Assembly (NCBI GenBank): GCA_964016885.1
Contig: OZ024743.1
Span: 10,168,001-10,232,000, forward strand
Origin: Eledone cirrhosa
Lineage: Eukaryota
DNA: 64,000 nucleotides
Direction of reading: 5' to 3'
Under the pieces are notes generated by a model. That model made no database searches, was not told where the DNA came from, and saw only the letters and a list, made by a program, of their open reading frames with translations. Below, piece after piece: positions 38,522 to 53,052 of this stretch; positions within the stretch are counted from its first letter, which is position 1, and every line of letters starts with the position of its first letter. A program made the position numbers and the translations under genes.

Positions 38522-39399
38522 TGTTTACATGCCAACACAAGAGCAAGAATGAAGGGTTTATTCTACTGACATAGCTTTAAAATTGAGGCTTGTTTGCATA
38601 ATTGCAAACGAATCGAATGTTATTATTAATATTCAAAAAACTCAGATTATATATATTAGATTAAATAAGGAAGTTTCGTTTGTGTGTATAAGATTTTTAT
38701 TGTGTAATGACCTCTTATGTGCGTTTCACAGAAGACTGGCTCAAGGTCACCCATAGGAGTTATTGACCCAACTCTATTATCGATCTGCTCTGTATATGTG
38801 TGCACGCGCGTGTGTATGTGTGTGTGCTTGTGTATATATATATGATATATTGCACTTAAAGAAGGGCATCTGCCCACTTAGAAACTCAAAGAAATATATT
38901 GGCATGTAAAATGTTTCTAATCCAGAACTTTATTGGTATAAGCTTGTTTAGCAGTTCTTGGGTAAGAGTAGTTTTAATAATACATATATCATTATAGAAG
39001 AAATGTATAATTTATATACTGTTATATTTCTGATTAATTGTTTTATGTTTGAGGTATTAATTTCTGGTTGTATTCTTTACCAGATGCTATCTCTGTGACA
39101 CCATATAACATTGAAAAGTTGTATGGGCTTATTTTAGGTCACTGTGTCTTGCTTTCTATTTATATATTGTCCATCAATATCGCAATATCGAGGAAGATGG
39201 TGATTATCCACTTTTTATTTTCTTCTTTCCTTTTTTTAAAAAACAATGGATGGCCTTCTACCAATCAAGTGTTTTTAATGTTGATAGAAATATTGATATT
39301 GAAAATGCATTAAGGAATATTGATTTCCTGAAAGCTAAACGTATTCATGGCCACATACTTTTTGACTTAGCATAGTATAATGCTATTACTTTAGCATTT

Positions 39400-40010
39400 T
39401 TAGTATCTCAGTCAAAGATTAGATTTGCCTTTCATTCTTATGAGGTTGATGAAATAAAATACCAGCAATGCACTGGGGTTGATTTAATTGACTTTCCCCT
39501 CCTACAAAATTGTTGGCCTTGTGCTTAAATCAAAACCATTATTATTTATTATTATTATTAGGGCGGTGGATTGGCAGTATTGGGAGATGGTCGGACGCCA
39601 TGCTTTGACGCATAGAGTTACGGCCCTTGCCATTCTGAGTTCAAATCCCGCCGAGGTTAACTTTGCCTTTCATCCTTATGGGGTCGATAAAATAAATCAC
39701 CAGTCATGCACTGGGGTCGATTTAATCGACTTTCCCCTCCCCCCAAATTACTGGCCTTGTGCCTATATAAGAAACCATTATTTTGCAGCATAGATTTATG
39801 GCCCTTACATTCTGAGTTCAAATCCTGCTGAGGTTAACTTTGCCTTTCATCCTTACAGGATCGATAAAATAAAGTACCAGTCACATACTGGGGGCAATTT
39901 AATCGACTTTCCCTGCTCCAAAATTTGCTGGCCTTGTTCCTATATAAGAAACCATTATTGCACTGGGTAATTGCTGGCCTTGTGCCAAAAGTAGAAACAA
40001 TTATTATTAT
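39400..40010 (+). mobile_element. Tandem cluster of 3-4 family A SINE copies and fragments
   Basis: Repeated gcctttcatccttatggggtcgataaaat...ggccttgtgc at ~39425, ~39665 and ~39840, plus a tail at ~39960. Confidence 0.85.
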
Positions 40011-40449
40011 CATTAGGGCAGTTAATTGGCAGTATTGGTAGAAACGGTAAAAACCTCCCAGTCCACACTGTAAATGCGGTTGGTGTTAGGAAGGGCAGCC
40101 AGCATTATGGTACAAGTCTGGCTATTTGGCCACACCATACTTTCCTCAAATGGAACTGTATTTTGGCTGGTATTTTCAAAGCTGGGTGGTGAGAGAGGCC
40201 ATACCTTGTTCAAGTGGGCCGTGTTTAGGCTGGGCTTTTATGGCTGCTGGATGCCCTTCCTGCTGTCAACCATGTTTACATTGTGGAACAGGGTGGCACT
40301 ATTATGTGACATGTCTGGCCAGTTGGCCACGCCATACCATGCTTAAATGAAGTTGTATTTCGGCTGGGATTTTACAGCTGGATGTCCTTCCTAACACCAA
40401 CCACATTTACTGTGTGGAACTGGATGTCGCCATTATGAGGTGGATGGCC

Positions 40450-42020
40450 AGTTGGTTTCATGCCTAGGAAGAGTACTACAGATGCCCTCTTTTTAGTGAG
40501 GCACCTACAAAAGAAGTTCTTAGCCAAAAATAAGTCATTATATATAGCTTTCATTGACCCCCCAAAAAAAGCATTTGACAGAGTACCCCAATCTATTATC
40601 TGGTGATCCTTAAGGAAATTAGGTGTAGAAAAATGGTTGGTGAGAACAGTGCAAGTCATGTACAGAGGAGCTGTCAACAAAGTGAGAGAAGGAAATGAGT
40701 TTAGTGAGGAATTTGTTGTTCAAGGTTTGGTTCATCAAGGTTTGGTTCTTAGCCCACTACTATCCATTATAGTCCTCCAGCCTATAAAAAAAGATATTTA
40801 AGACCGGCTGCCCAAGGAAACTTCTCTATGCAGAGGATTTGGTCCTTATAGCCGAATCTATTAAAGACCTAGAAAATAAGTTATGGCTGTGGAAACAATT
40901 TAGAATCAAAAGTCCTGAGAGTAAACTTAGCCAAAGCTAAAGTGCTAGTGAGTAGGAGAGAAGATAGAACCCTCATTCTTTCAGGGAAGTGACCCTGCTC
41001 AATATGTAGAAGTGGAGTAGACATAAACTCCAGACAATGTATACAACATACATCATGGGTACACAAATGTAGTGGGATAACAAGTAAACTAATGGGAAGC
41101 AAAGACTTTGTTTGTAGAAGATGCACAGAGGTAACCAATTGGGAGATAACCTGTGATGTAAGCCTATTCCAGTTACAGGAAGGATCCATAGAAGTGGTTG
41201 ATAGTTTCTGCTATATAGGCAACATAATTAGCAATAGAGAAGTGTGCTCTAAGAGCATAATAGCTAGAATAAGAATAGGATGGATAACGTTCAGAGAGTT
41301 CCTCCTACTGTTGACAATAAAAGGTTTCTCCCCATGTACAAAAGAACTGTATGATGCCTGCAAGAAAAGTGTGATGCTGCATGGTAGTGAAGCAGGGTCT
41401 GTGACTATGGAGGACATGTAGAGAAATGAAACAACTATGCTCCACTGGGTGTGCAATGTAAATGAGGGAAAGGTAGAGCTTGGATGAGTTGAGGGAGAAG
41501 CTGGGTTTATAAGGAATCTGAAGTGGTGTGCAAGAGAGAAGACTGCATTGGTTTGGACATGTAATGCGCATGATCAATGATCTTTGGGTGAAAACGTGCC
41601 AGTAAATGCCACTGGAAGGAAGTTGCAGTAGATGTAGACCAAAAAATACCTGATACATGGCAGTAAAATATGAACATTCCATGCAAAAGACCTATGGAAG
41701 CTAGAAAGAAACAAATTGAGCATGTTCCAATGGATGTGTAATGTTAGTATGTGTGAACAACATAGCATAAGCAAACTCAGGGAAAAACTCAGTATGAGAA
41801 GAATTGGATGTAGGGTGCAAGAGAGAAAACTGCATTGATATGGACATGTGGTGGATATGGAAATTAACAGTTGCATATAGAAATACAGAGAAACCCGAGT
41901 GGCTGGCACCCAGGAAAACATGTGATGAGGTAGTGCATATCAACCTTAAAAACTAAACCTCACAACAGAAGTGACAGAGGACTATGAGGGCTGGCACTAC
42001 TCCGTGCTTGTCAAGACTTA
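40450..42020 (+). pseudogene. Degenerate RTE RT region with duplicated 3' segment
   Basis: ttggtttcatgcctaggaagagtactacagatgcc (FGF..STTDA), ctctatgcagaggat, LHGSE. Confidence 0.85.
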
Positions 42021-44494
42021 GCAGATAGCATACAATGTGGACTCTTTGTCCTCTTTTTTCTCCTTACCTTCAACTATCACCCCTAACAGTTATCCTAGCT
42101 ATCAATACATCACCACCACCACATGCATCCTTATGTCACCCCCCCCCAGCATTCTCTCTTTAGTTTCTGCCCCCTGAAAAGCCTCTACATTCCCTCACTA
42201 TCACATTCTAGTAGCTAGTAGTTACACTCCACACATTTATGCACCCCATCCATGCCCCCTCCGTGAGCACTCCATAGGTATTCTCTCCATCTCTACACCT
42301 TCTCTTCCTGGCACTACTGAGTGCTACCCAACCACTTCAGTGTTCTCATTACCTCATTACCTTATCCTTTCCTGATTGGTGACAAGAAGAGCGCTCTGCT
42401 GTAGAAACAATACATTAAAAAAATGGTAATGAGGAGCTTTCAGTCATTCTAAGGTATGGCAATCTGTCTAGTGTTGGTGATCTACACAATAAATGCACCC
42501 AGTAAATGTTGTAAAGAGATTGGTGATAGGAAAGGCATCTACCTACAGAAAGCTTGCCAAACAAAGGGTTGGGAGTTCCCTTCATTTGTGTCAAAGAATT
42601 TACAACCTCTCTAGTACACCAGATAGATTGTTCGACTGTATGTGAGATGCAGATCCCTGCACTGTTTGTGGGGTCAGTAGCCCCACTTCAGCACTGACTT
42701 GGTCTATGTAGATACATCCAACCCTTGCTAGCAGGGAGAGCACATCCATTGAACAATGAATGCTGGAGTGTGTCTTCACTGTATGAACATCCAACCTAAA
42801 AATGGAAAAGTTTGTCAATACCAATACATCTAAGCTTGGCCCCTGCCATTACTAAATGTAATAGTTTCAGGCTTGTAGTGATGTGTGACACCCTATAGAG
42901 TAAGTCATGTTTATTAAGGCACATATGTATCTATTTACAATATGTTTTTGTATTCTGAATCATGTGTTAGTACTATCACTAATACATACACACGTGCATC
43001 ACTACTACACACTATCACTAATACATACACACATACACATACATATATATTTTATACTTCATATGCATTTTACAATGAGAGGCACAACAATTTCAGCAAA
43101 CTTCCCAGCCAACCATGCTAGGCTCGACTGATGTTATCAGGAAATGTCTGGCTCCTTTTGGCTAACATTGTAGCACATTGTTTCTACCTATCTTATGCAG
43201 CTTCATTATAAGATGAATGCAGCTGTAATCATTCCAGTGACATAGGAGCTATTTTGTTTTACTCCTTACTGAGAATTTGTTCTTTGCTCTAAAATTCCAT
43301 CTTTTTTCATATATATCTGTCATATCCATGATAAATTATTTTTAGATTTTTTTCTCCAAATCATTGCTCACCCCTCTGTTGTCCTTCCTATATCCATTAT
43401 TGGTCAGGTAAGACTTAATGAATCTAGCTACACAAACTCAGCATCCTTTCCTCTAATGGAAACACTATACACTGCCATCCTCATGCAACTCACAATTACT
43501 GAAGAGCTATATATTTTAAGCATTCTCTTTTATGTACCCATTCCTTTTTGCTTCCCAAATCACTTTCAATTCAAAAATCAAGTCATTCTAAATTTTAGGG
43601 AAAGTAGCATGAGAAATTGTGATATTCATGTTCTAAAGAACTTTAATGACATAAGTAAAATCCCACTATAAATTTAGCTTGCAGTGAGCTTACTTCTGTT
43701 CTACACTGTTCAATTATGCGAATAAAACATATTGACTGCAAATCAATATTGGCCACAAACCAAATATTGTCCACAGGCCATTTTGGAGAAGTCATTTCAC
43801 TAGAAAACTAAGAAAATCCATCAACTTTGAGTGACTTACACCACTTCCTACACAACTGATATTGAATCTCGCCATTTCAAAGCCATGTGAGGTTATGCTA
43901 TTTTCCATCTTTTTATTCATCCCATCAGATGGTTCATAAACACAAATTGTGATGGGTCACGTCGTAAAAGTTTATTGCGGGCCAATTTGTATACAGTTTT
44001 GACGTCATAGCTCTTACATCAATAATTCTTACATGCATCAATTTCTTTTCTCTTGTTCCTCGCTGAGTTCTTCATTTTGTTTTTACTTTCATTTTCTTCT
44101 ACTATGGTGTAATATATATATATTTTTCTACTCTAGTAAACTTCAGAGAATGGTAATGTCAGTGATTTGGTACCTTCAGATATTTTGTTTTCTTTATTAA
44201 GATACAGTTCTGTACAAAGTGTGTACATAAATTCACATGTTCAATGACTATTTTCTGATTTCTCAAAAGAAATTTATTCACTGATTTATAGTTTAATTTC
44301 CATTCTAGATTTTTACATTTAATAACATTAAAACAACAAGAAAAATAAAATTATCATTATGTTTGAAAAAGTCAAAAAGGATATTATACTATAGAGTGGA
44401 TTCATGATCAGCTAAAAGTATGTGAGCAGTATTTAAAATTGAAATGATTACACTATTTTGTATAATTTTCTGACTGTCCTTACTATGCAATTAA

Positions 44495-44709
44495 CCCTTT
44501 AGCATTTAAATCATCCGTATCCAGCAGGATTCTCTCATCTCTTTCTGTTCAAACCAGCTGAAATAGGCCAGTCATACTGATGGTAAGATATTGTTCTCAA
44601 AATAGATAACATCAAAATCTCATAGATATTATGTGAGATAATTATTTAAGGTAAAGCCTTTACTGTGAAAATATAATAGTAAATATAGAGTAATGTAAAT
44701 GTTAAAGGG
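44495..44709. mobile_element. piggyBac-like MITE
   Basis: TTAA|CCCTTTAGCATTTA ... TAAATGTTAAAGGG|TTAA. Confidence 0.75.
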
Positions 44710-44847
44710 TTAATAATCAATCAATTTCAAACTGTAAGGTTCTTCTTTATTGATTAAACTGATTTTACTAGCAGGTTGACTAACAATATTGAGAAATTTT
44801 CCTTTTTCCTTGACTCAACCTTTTCTCCATCTGTTTATTTGCCAGGT

Positions 44848-44887
<40 letters not shown>

Positions 44888-46607
44888 ATATATATATATA
44901 TGTATATTTATATATGTATATTTATATATGTATAAGGAGAGAGTGAGAATGATAGAAACAGATGAATCGACCAATAAACAGATGAAGAAAATAGCTAGAT
45001 GACATTAAACGATGATAATAGTGAGGAGGATGATGCATCATTGCATCATCACTGCAACCCCATACATGTGAGACCCTCTCATCAGCTTTTCCTATCTCAT
45101 CACACCTATCATACATTCATGACATTATATCTGTCAACCCCCTCCTATTGCTTCTTACCCATGCCATACTACTTATCCCCTCCAGAGGGTAGGGAGGGCT
45201 CTTTGGTTGAGTCAATGACTGGCAACCTTACTGGTGCTGGTACCATGATAAAATGCACCCAAGATATACTCTGTAATGTGGTTGGTGTTAGGAAAGGCTT
45301 CCAGTTGTAGAAACCAAGCCAAATGGTTAAGAGGACATATTAGCAATATCTCTAGTGCTGGTACCATTAAATAAGCACTCAATACCCCCTGTAAGCTGGT
45401 GGGTGAAATGAAGAGCCCCCAACAGTAAAAAGCATGCCAAACAAAGGGTCAACTGCATCAAAGTCTTGACAGCCACTCTAGTATTGGTTACATGATGAAA
45501 CATACCCAGTATACAAGACAATGATGCTGATGACACACAAACATACACACTCTCTCATACACATACAAGCACACATACACACACAGGCTTCTCTCTCTCA
45601 TACACATTCATACAAGCGACCTTAACTTTTTAGACTGCCTTAGTTATTTGTATCTTCGGATATTTTTCATACATAGATCTCTGTAATTCCTCTATCTCTT
45701 TTGATAACATGGAAAATAAATAAAAAAATATCCTTATTAAACCTGCACTTCTAAAAACCAGATAGAATGTAGGAAATATAAAACATGTATCAAGGAACCA
45801 ATTATAAGATAGCTCAAATATAGAGTGTGTGTTGTTTTCTAGGAAATAATACAAAACCTGAGCATTATTATAGAATACAGTTGTCTATTCTACGTCAATA
45901 CCTTGTCAAATAACAATAAAAATAAGAGTGTTTATGATCAGCAAATACAGAACCGACTACTTTTGTACTCTGTGCTTATAACTAATGATGTATATCCAAA
46001 ATTATTTGTGTAGAAAAGTTGGCATACTTAGATAGAGAATTGAATTGACTAATAAAATCTGCCAAATCAGAATATTCAAATCTTTCTAAATATTCATGCA
46101 TGGGTGAAATTGTTGTCTAAATGAGAAAAGTTATTCAATTCATGCTATGCTCATTGAAAACAACTTAAACAATCAACACATAACAGCATAAATAGAATAA
46201 TGTTGACTGCCAGACTAATAACTCAATATTTTACTGTTCTATTTCCATTGTTCCCACAGAACTATTTTCTAAGCGTCTTCAACTTATATATTTCTAAATA
46301 TTTTGAAGCCACATTTGAATCCACATTTGATACCAATCTGCTCAAAACTGCCTCTGATGTTATGAAAGAAAGCCACTCATTTTAAAGGGTTTCTATCTAA
46401 ATTAAATCCATCCAGCAAAATTGTTCATTTGTTCTTCTTATAGAACCTAATAACTAATGCAAACGCAGTATATTTCATTAGAAATATGGTAACAAAAGGG
46501 TTAATGCTGTTATCTATAACACCTTAGTAGAATATGAAATAAAGGCATTGAGTTTAAATCTAGTTACAGGATGAACATATATTAAGAAGAATGTTATTGA
46601 ATAGACC

Positions 46608-46793
46608 GATAATTGTTTCTACTTTAGGCACAAGGCCAGCAATTAGCCAGTGCATTACTGGTACTTTATTTTATCGACCCCGTAAGGATGAAAGGCAAAG
46701 TCAACCTCGGCGGGATTTGAACTCAGATCGTAAAGGGACATAACTATGCTGGAAAGCATGGTGTCTGACCCTCTACCGATACTGCCAATCCAC
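46608..46793 (-). mobile_element. tRNA-SINE family A
   Basis: Full copy. Confidence 0.9.
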
Positions 46794-47250
46794 TAGTAGA
46801 ATAATATTCCCCAAAAAGATACTGCTGGAAATATAACTTATTTGAGAACTAAAATATTTAAATGAGGATAGTGCATTAAATGCTTGGAACAATAAATAGC
46901 TTTAGTAGAATCCACAGGATAAATATTAGTTAAGTCAGTGAAAACATTAAATCTAGAATATTCGAAAGCTAAAATAAACGAAATCCAATATTTGACTAAA
47001 TATACATGATTTAAATTTTTCTGACAAAAATGGGATACAACTTTGGGCATGCTTAAGGCTTTAAGATTTTCTGGAAATTTTCAGTTGAAGTGTAACTTTT
47101 CCAGCAGAAATAGAGATTAATGTTATAAAGATATAAATCTTAACCATTGTCAGAGAAAAGTATGACACATAATCCAAGAGTAGCTGATGAAATATAAATC
47201 AAATGAAACTTGTGAAGAAAAAGCAATTATTAGCTTCGAAAGTGTGTACA

Positions 47251-47434
47251 CATGTGAGTGTATGCACATGTGGGTGTATGCACATGTGGGTGTATGCACA
47301 TGTGGGTGTACGTACATGTGAGTGTATGCACATGTGGGTGTACGTACATGTGAGTGTATGCACATGTGGGTGTATGCACATGTGGGTGTATGCACATGTG
47401 GGTGTACGTACATGTGGGTGTATGCACATGTGGG
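47251..47434. repeat. 16-bp minisatellite CATGTG(G/A)GTGTA(T/C)G(C/T)A, ~11.5 copies
   Basis: Seen directly. Confidence 0.95.
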
Positions 47435-47818
47435 TTGTGCAGGTGTGAGTGCTGATTGGTTAGTTTGTTTAGTAATTCAGAAAATAACATTAATTGAGGA
47501 ACTCATTTATCATGACAAGTATCTATTACACCATTGTCCCTTTGACATGTGAGATAGTAACATTCAAAAGGAGAAGGTGGTTTCAAAATAAATTATAAAT
47601 GAGAAATTGAACTGCATTTCGACCATTAGAATATATATTGATACTAATTTACATTAATTTTATGTAGATTATATAATTTATGTTATAAACAGCTGCTACA
47701 AATTATTAATAAGCTTTTCATTAACATACAATGCTATGAAATAATTCCTGATATTATTATAAATATACATATATATGTATGTATATATATATATGTGTGT
47801 GTGTGTGTATGTGTGTAC

Positions 47819-47857
<39 letters not shown>

Positions 47858-48790
47858 AGTGAGTTTACATTTAATGGAATGTGGATGAAGTGTATGTAAT
47901 CTTTTCAAACAAATTGTGCAAAAAAACAATTGTGTCTGAATTAGAAGAAATCTGTTTTACTGAATGTTCATTGAATTAAGTACACATGCACTCAGTATGC
48001 ACGAAAGCATATTTGTTATTGCTTGTTAAACGGGTAATTTGATTAAACCAAGGTAAATGTAATAGAGATAAATGAGAGAGAGTTGATAATTTTATTCTAG
48101 ATGTCAAAGAAGGCTGCTAATTGTCTGAGCAGTTAGGGTATTGGAGTCTTGTGGTATTTGTTCTGGGTCTTCTGATTTCAAACTCTGCTGCGATGAACTT
48201 TACTTTTCATCCTTACTGAAACAATAAACAAAGTAGCACTCAAATCCAGAAGACAGTTCTTACTTGTGGTTCGACTGAAAAGTTCATAGGCTGACTATGA
48301 CGGAGTGATGCTAGAGCTGTATGTCCCTCTCACAGAATTATCTATGCTACACTGTGAAAAAATATCATGGTGACCCCTCAAACCATTCCTTTCTACAGAA
48401 ACAAGAGGTTAACAACTGTTATAGAAAAACTAATGTGCTATTGAAGAACCAAAAGACAGACTAATGAACAGTATAACACAGAAAGAAGAATAAGAACATA
48501 TTATGACTGTCAAGCAAGAGTAATTAATCAAAAGTTTAGTGGATCAAATAAACTAATATTCCTAATGAGTTGCATGTTAGCACTAACGTTAAAAGCCAGA
48601 AAGACAAAGAATAGTTACTGATGTGGAAAACATAAAAGACTAAAACTAATAGACCATATAATGAAAGTAATAGAATAGCTATTATAAGACATAAAACTGT
48701 CTGTGAACAGTTGTAAGACAAACCATTATCAGATCATAGAAATGGCGACTTATAATTGTTTTATTAATTCTATTAACTAATTTCATTATA

Positions 48791-48897
48791 TCCCGCCGAG
48801 GTTAACTTTGCCTTTCATCCTTACGGGGTCGATAAAATAAAGTACCAGTAATACACTGGGATAGTTGCTGGCCTTGTGCCAAAAGTAGAAACAATTA
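48791..48897 (+). mobile_element. 5'-truncated family A SINE
   Basis: tcccgccgaggttaactttgcctttcatcc...agtagaaacaatta. Confidence 0.85.
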
Positions 48898-49493
48898 TTT
48901 ATGTTGTCAAAACAGAAAATCCAATTAAACTTTCAAATATATTAAAGTATATATAGTATTGTGTATTGCAGTGTGTATCTGGTTTAGAATGGGTACACTA
49001 TATCCTACATGTTGTAAGAGGTGACTAAAAGGGTTACTACCTAGAAATGCATGCAACCATGAAACATTGCCTCAAAAAGGACCCTACAATGGGTATGACG
49101 TTTGATGTGGGACATACATGAAGAAGGAAAATGACCATAAAATGCTTGTTGTATACAGATTATTGTATAACTGTTAAAGAACTAATATAGTATTGAACAT
49201 CTGATATGCAGGCTACTTGTATTCTTGTTGAGAATTGTTATCATAGGGTTAATAATATGACATGTAAAAGCAGTGAGATGATGCTTATATGTTAATGAAG
49301 ATAGTTGTCTGGTAGCATAGGACTAGTAATAATAACTTATCATATTGACACAAAACTAACAATTTTTAAGGAAAACATTTGGATGTAATGGATTCAAGTA
49401 AAACATCTCTTAGTCTACCATGTGCTCAACTTAAGAAATATGCAGCAATAATTTTAAGGAATGTTGAACTAAGTGTTGCATAGGACAATTCAT

Positions 49494-49830
49494 TTCATTT
49501 CATTTAATTTTACGTCCGCTTTTTCCCTGCTTGCAAGGGTGGGACGGGAACTGATTCTGGCTTGATTTCTACAGCTGGATGCCCTTCCTAACACCAACCT
49601 CATTTACAGTGAGTGCTGGGTGCTTTTTTGCCATGGCACCTGCACGACTACTTTGCTGTGGAATGATATGGACCCCAGTCCCTATCATCTCATTTCTACA
49701 GCTGAGTAAACTGGAGCAATGTGAAATAAAGTGTCTTGCTCAAGGAAACAACACATCACCCGGTCTGAGAATGTTACTCACAACCTTTCGATTGCAAGGC
49801 CAATGCTCTAACCAGTAAGCCATGTGCCTC
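49494..49830 (-). mobile_element. tRNA/CORE-like SINE with RTE tail
   Basis: Same family as 9025-9417. Confidence 0.88.
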
Positions 49831-52800
49831 AATTATACTACAAAATAAACCTGAAGCATTATTTGGCATTATATGGCATTTCTCTGTTTTTTATAAACAA
49901 TGTACCAAAGTCTTATTTTTTTTAATGAGTTTTTGAAAGTTGTTTAGGTGAATACCTCAAGAAAGTTTTGTGACTTGGGTTGTTGGCAATATGTTTACTA
50001 CTTCGAACGTTAACTTGCTTTTGGGAATCTAGATATTCAGTTTGTTTATGTAATGTTGAAGGTCATATACAAATCTGTGTGGTATGCTGTAATAGGTTGA
50101 TGGTGCTATCATTCAATTAGAATGCTGAACAGTATGAAGAAGAGTAGCCATGCATATAGATTTTGAAACAACAGGCAATAAAACAGGTCTTTGTCAAACT
50201 ACGGTTATGGAGGCTTTACTATAAGTGTTTGAAATCTGATACCTCATTCGGTGTTAAATGTTTTCCACGAAAGTCTTGGGTATTTAAGTGATGTATGAAG
50301 GACGTTTTCTTTTATGTAAGAAAACAATGAGTTCGTAGCAGTGTTAATGTGTTGGACAAAATGTGTTGTAATATTAGTTCCAGCTCTATTCATTCTGAGT
50401 TCAGTTCCTGCTGAGATTAACTTTGTGTTTCCTTCTTTTGGGGTCAATAAAATAAAACAGTCTAGGGCAGCAGATTAGTGAAAATATTAGAACATTAAAG
50501 AAAATACCTTATGCTATTTGTCCTGGCTCTTTGCATTCTGATATCAAATCCCATGGGGGCTTACTTGAGTAATAGACTTAATCCATCACACTGTTTAAAA
50601 CCACTATTCTGGCCCTTGTGTACCTTGTGTTGCAAGCCTTCAAACTAGATCTCTGGTTTGAGAATGGCTTTCTCCCCCTTCTCACCACCAGAGTCTGGGG
50701 ACTCCTCTTCCCTTCTTCACTAAACAGGTAAAAGGGGTAATACTAATTTAGAAAAGCTAGAGAATAATTTTCAACTGGCAACAGCCAGGTTTTGGATTTA
50801 GATCATTATATTACCACTTCAAGTACAATGTAATGCAGTCATGTGATAGAGGGGGGAAAATAATATCCATCTTTGTCAAGATAGAAGGAATTTTCCACAA
50901 AACCTTTGCCCTCTTCATAATGGAAATAACTGCAATATTTTCAGGATGTGTTGTTCTCTTTATATTCTATTATAATGTTTTTGACAAGGAGTTGAGATAC
51001 ATAGCAATAATACTTTAAAACATTTCATAGTGAAAATAACATATACATATTATTTCATAGCGAAATAAATTATATATCTATCTGTGTGTTTTATAGTAAA
51101 CAATTCTGATATGTGTACCTGGTTATATCATTGCAGAGGAAGAGATAGCTACAGATAGTGAAAGAGAAAGAGGCAATCTGAGATAGAGAGAGAGAAAGGC
51201 ATTCAATGTTATTGACAGGAATTGCTCCTTGTAAGCCTGAGTGTAAATATAAAGAGAAAGATAAATTTCAGTACTTGATTTATTGGTTTATAAAGATTGC
51301 ATTCAAATCAGAAAAAAGCAAAGAAAAATCATTCATAATTTCAATAACTCGATGTAAGAAGACATGAAAATATGTCAGAACTTTCTCCAAAAAATTGAAT
51401 GATAGTTCCATTGAATGTTATTTGTAAATATTTTCTTTTTATATTTAAATGTGTTGTCATAATTATGTTGAATGGATTTTTTTTAATAGAAAATACCCAT
51501 GGGCAATATGTCTCGGTGATTTACTCAATAAATATACATCAAATATATCGCTCCACACATTTTTATCTTTCAGCTTACCAAATGTGTCATTTCACAACTT
51601 TTTATTCTTTAACTTATCTAAAGGCTTCTTTTCCAGCAAATCATTCCTTTAAACTATTATTAATCTTTATATTTTTGTCTTGTTTGTACAATATCCTTTC
51701 ACATATTTCCAAATTATATGAAAAATATTTTTTCTTACATTAAACAGAGATATCATTAGTTAAATAAAACTAAATCTCATATCGCTAATGTTATTTGTTC
51801 AAGATGTCGTGGGTTGGATGGGTTTGTTCAAAAATAGGATGTTTTCATTTGTTCCCTGCAAACCATTTTTTTATTTATTTTGAAAGGCTAACTTCAAAAT
51901 TTTAATCTTGCAATCTCATGTATATTCATTATCCTGTCCTTACACATCCCATTAACTGTGTGCAGTACTTTTCAACCAGCAGATTTCCTTTTACCACACA
52001 ACCATAAAATCATAATTACCTTTCTTGTATACAGCTTCAACAATCTGTACGACCATACAACCATGACACAAATATCACAAGACAGATTGATTACAGTCAA
52101 CCTGACATGCAATTTCCAGATTGGTTTCATTTTGGGAGATAAAATTATGCTATTTTAAATATGATACACAGAAAATATGAGCATTTGTTGGATTTGCAGG
52201 GGCCAGTCAATATTACAGAGAGCAGCACGTTTCAGTAATGAAATTAGAAATAGAGATAGAAATAGAAAAAGAGATACTGAGTGACTGAGAGAGATGGATT
52301 TAACTAGACAACAGAAATGAAATGAGAGAAACATTTATCATTGGAGCAAATCTTATGTAATGCATTCCAGGATACGTTTAGAGAGACACTGCTGGCTGGG
52401 TTGATGCCTGTTGATGATTCAACATTTCATTACCTAAGCTATTGTTATATATTATACTAACTCAGTGTTTTGATATGCACCATCCTGGTCAGATAATGCT
52501 TATCAATAATATATGCATGGTAGATTGTTATTCTGCATTTAGTACTTGCAGGGTAGATTGAGTTCTCTTGCACTAAGCTTGAATTTTCTAAACGTTGTGA
52601 ACCTGGACAAATAGTTAACTATTAATGAACTGTTATAATATTTACCATTTGGCAAATTGGTGTCTTCAACATTGTAGGAAGTGTGAGTTCAATATAATGC
52701 ATAACTGATTTGCTAACTTGAATTTCTCATATCATATTGTTTTTCCTCATATTCCAATAGAAAACAAACAAAAAAAAAGACAAAATATTTAATTAGCATT

Positions 52801-52892
52801 TCAAGGGATGATAGACTGAAATGAAAGCTCCTAAAGAAATGAAGCAACTTGCAGATGAGAAAAGCAATCCCGAATAATCAAGTTATATATAT

Positions 52893-53052
52893 CACCATCA
52901 TCATCATCATCATTTTACGTCCGCTTTTCCCTGCTTGCAAGGGTGGGATAGGAACTGATTCTGGCTTGATTTCTACAGCTGGATGCCCTTCCTAACACCA
53001 ACCTCATTTACAGTGAGTGCTGGGTGCTTTTTTGCAGTGGCACCTCCACGAC
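52893..53052 (-). mobile_element. SINE/RTE tail fragment
   Basis: catcat..ttacgtccgcttttccctgcttgcaagggtggg..ttctacagctggatgcccttcctaacaccaacc. Confidence 0.8.

Larger units (their letters stand above)
37796..38650. mobile_element. Non-coding hammerhead-bearing fold-back element (non-autonomous PLE or retrozyme-like)
   Basis: 38050-38190 is the reverse complement of 38456-38597; 37796-37866 is the reverse complement of 38195-38253 and 38622-38649. Confidence 0.75.

Noticed and set aside
47251-47434. CRISPR-like array
   Set aside because: Contiguous tandem units without unique spacers; eukaryotic context
48260-48320. mariner-like TIR fragment (ctgaaaagttcataggctgac)
   Set aside because: No matching opposite TIR found, so boundaries are unsupported
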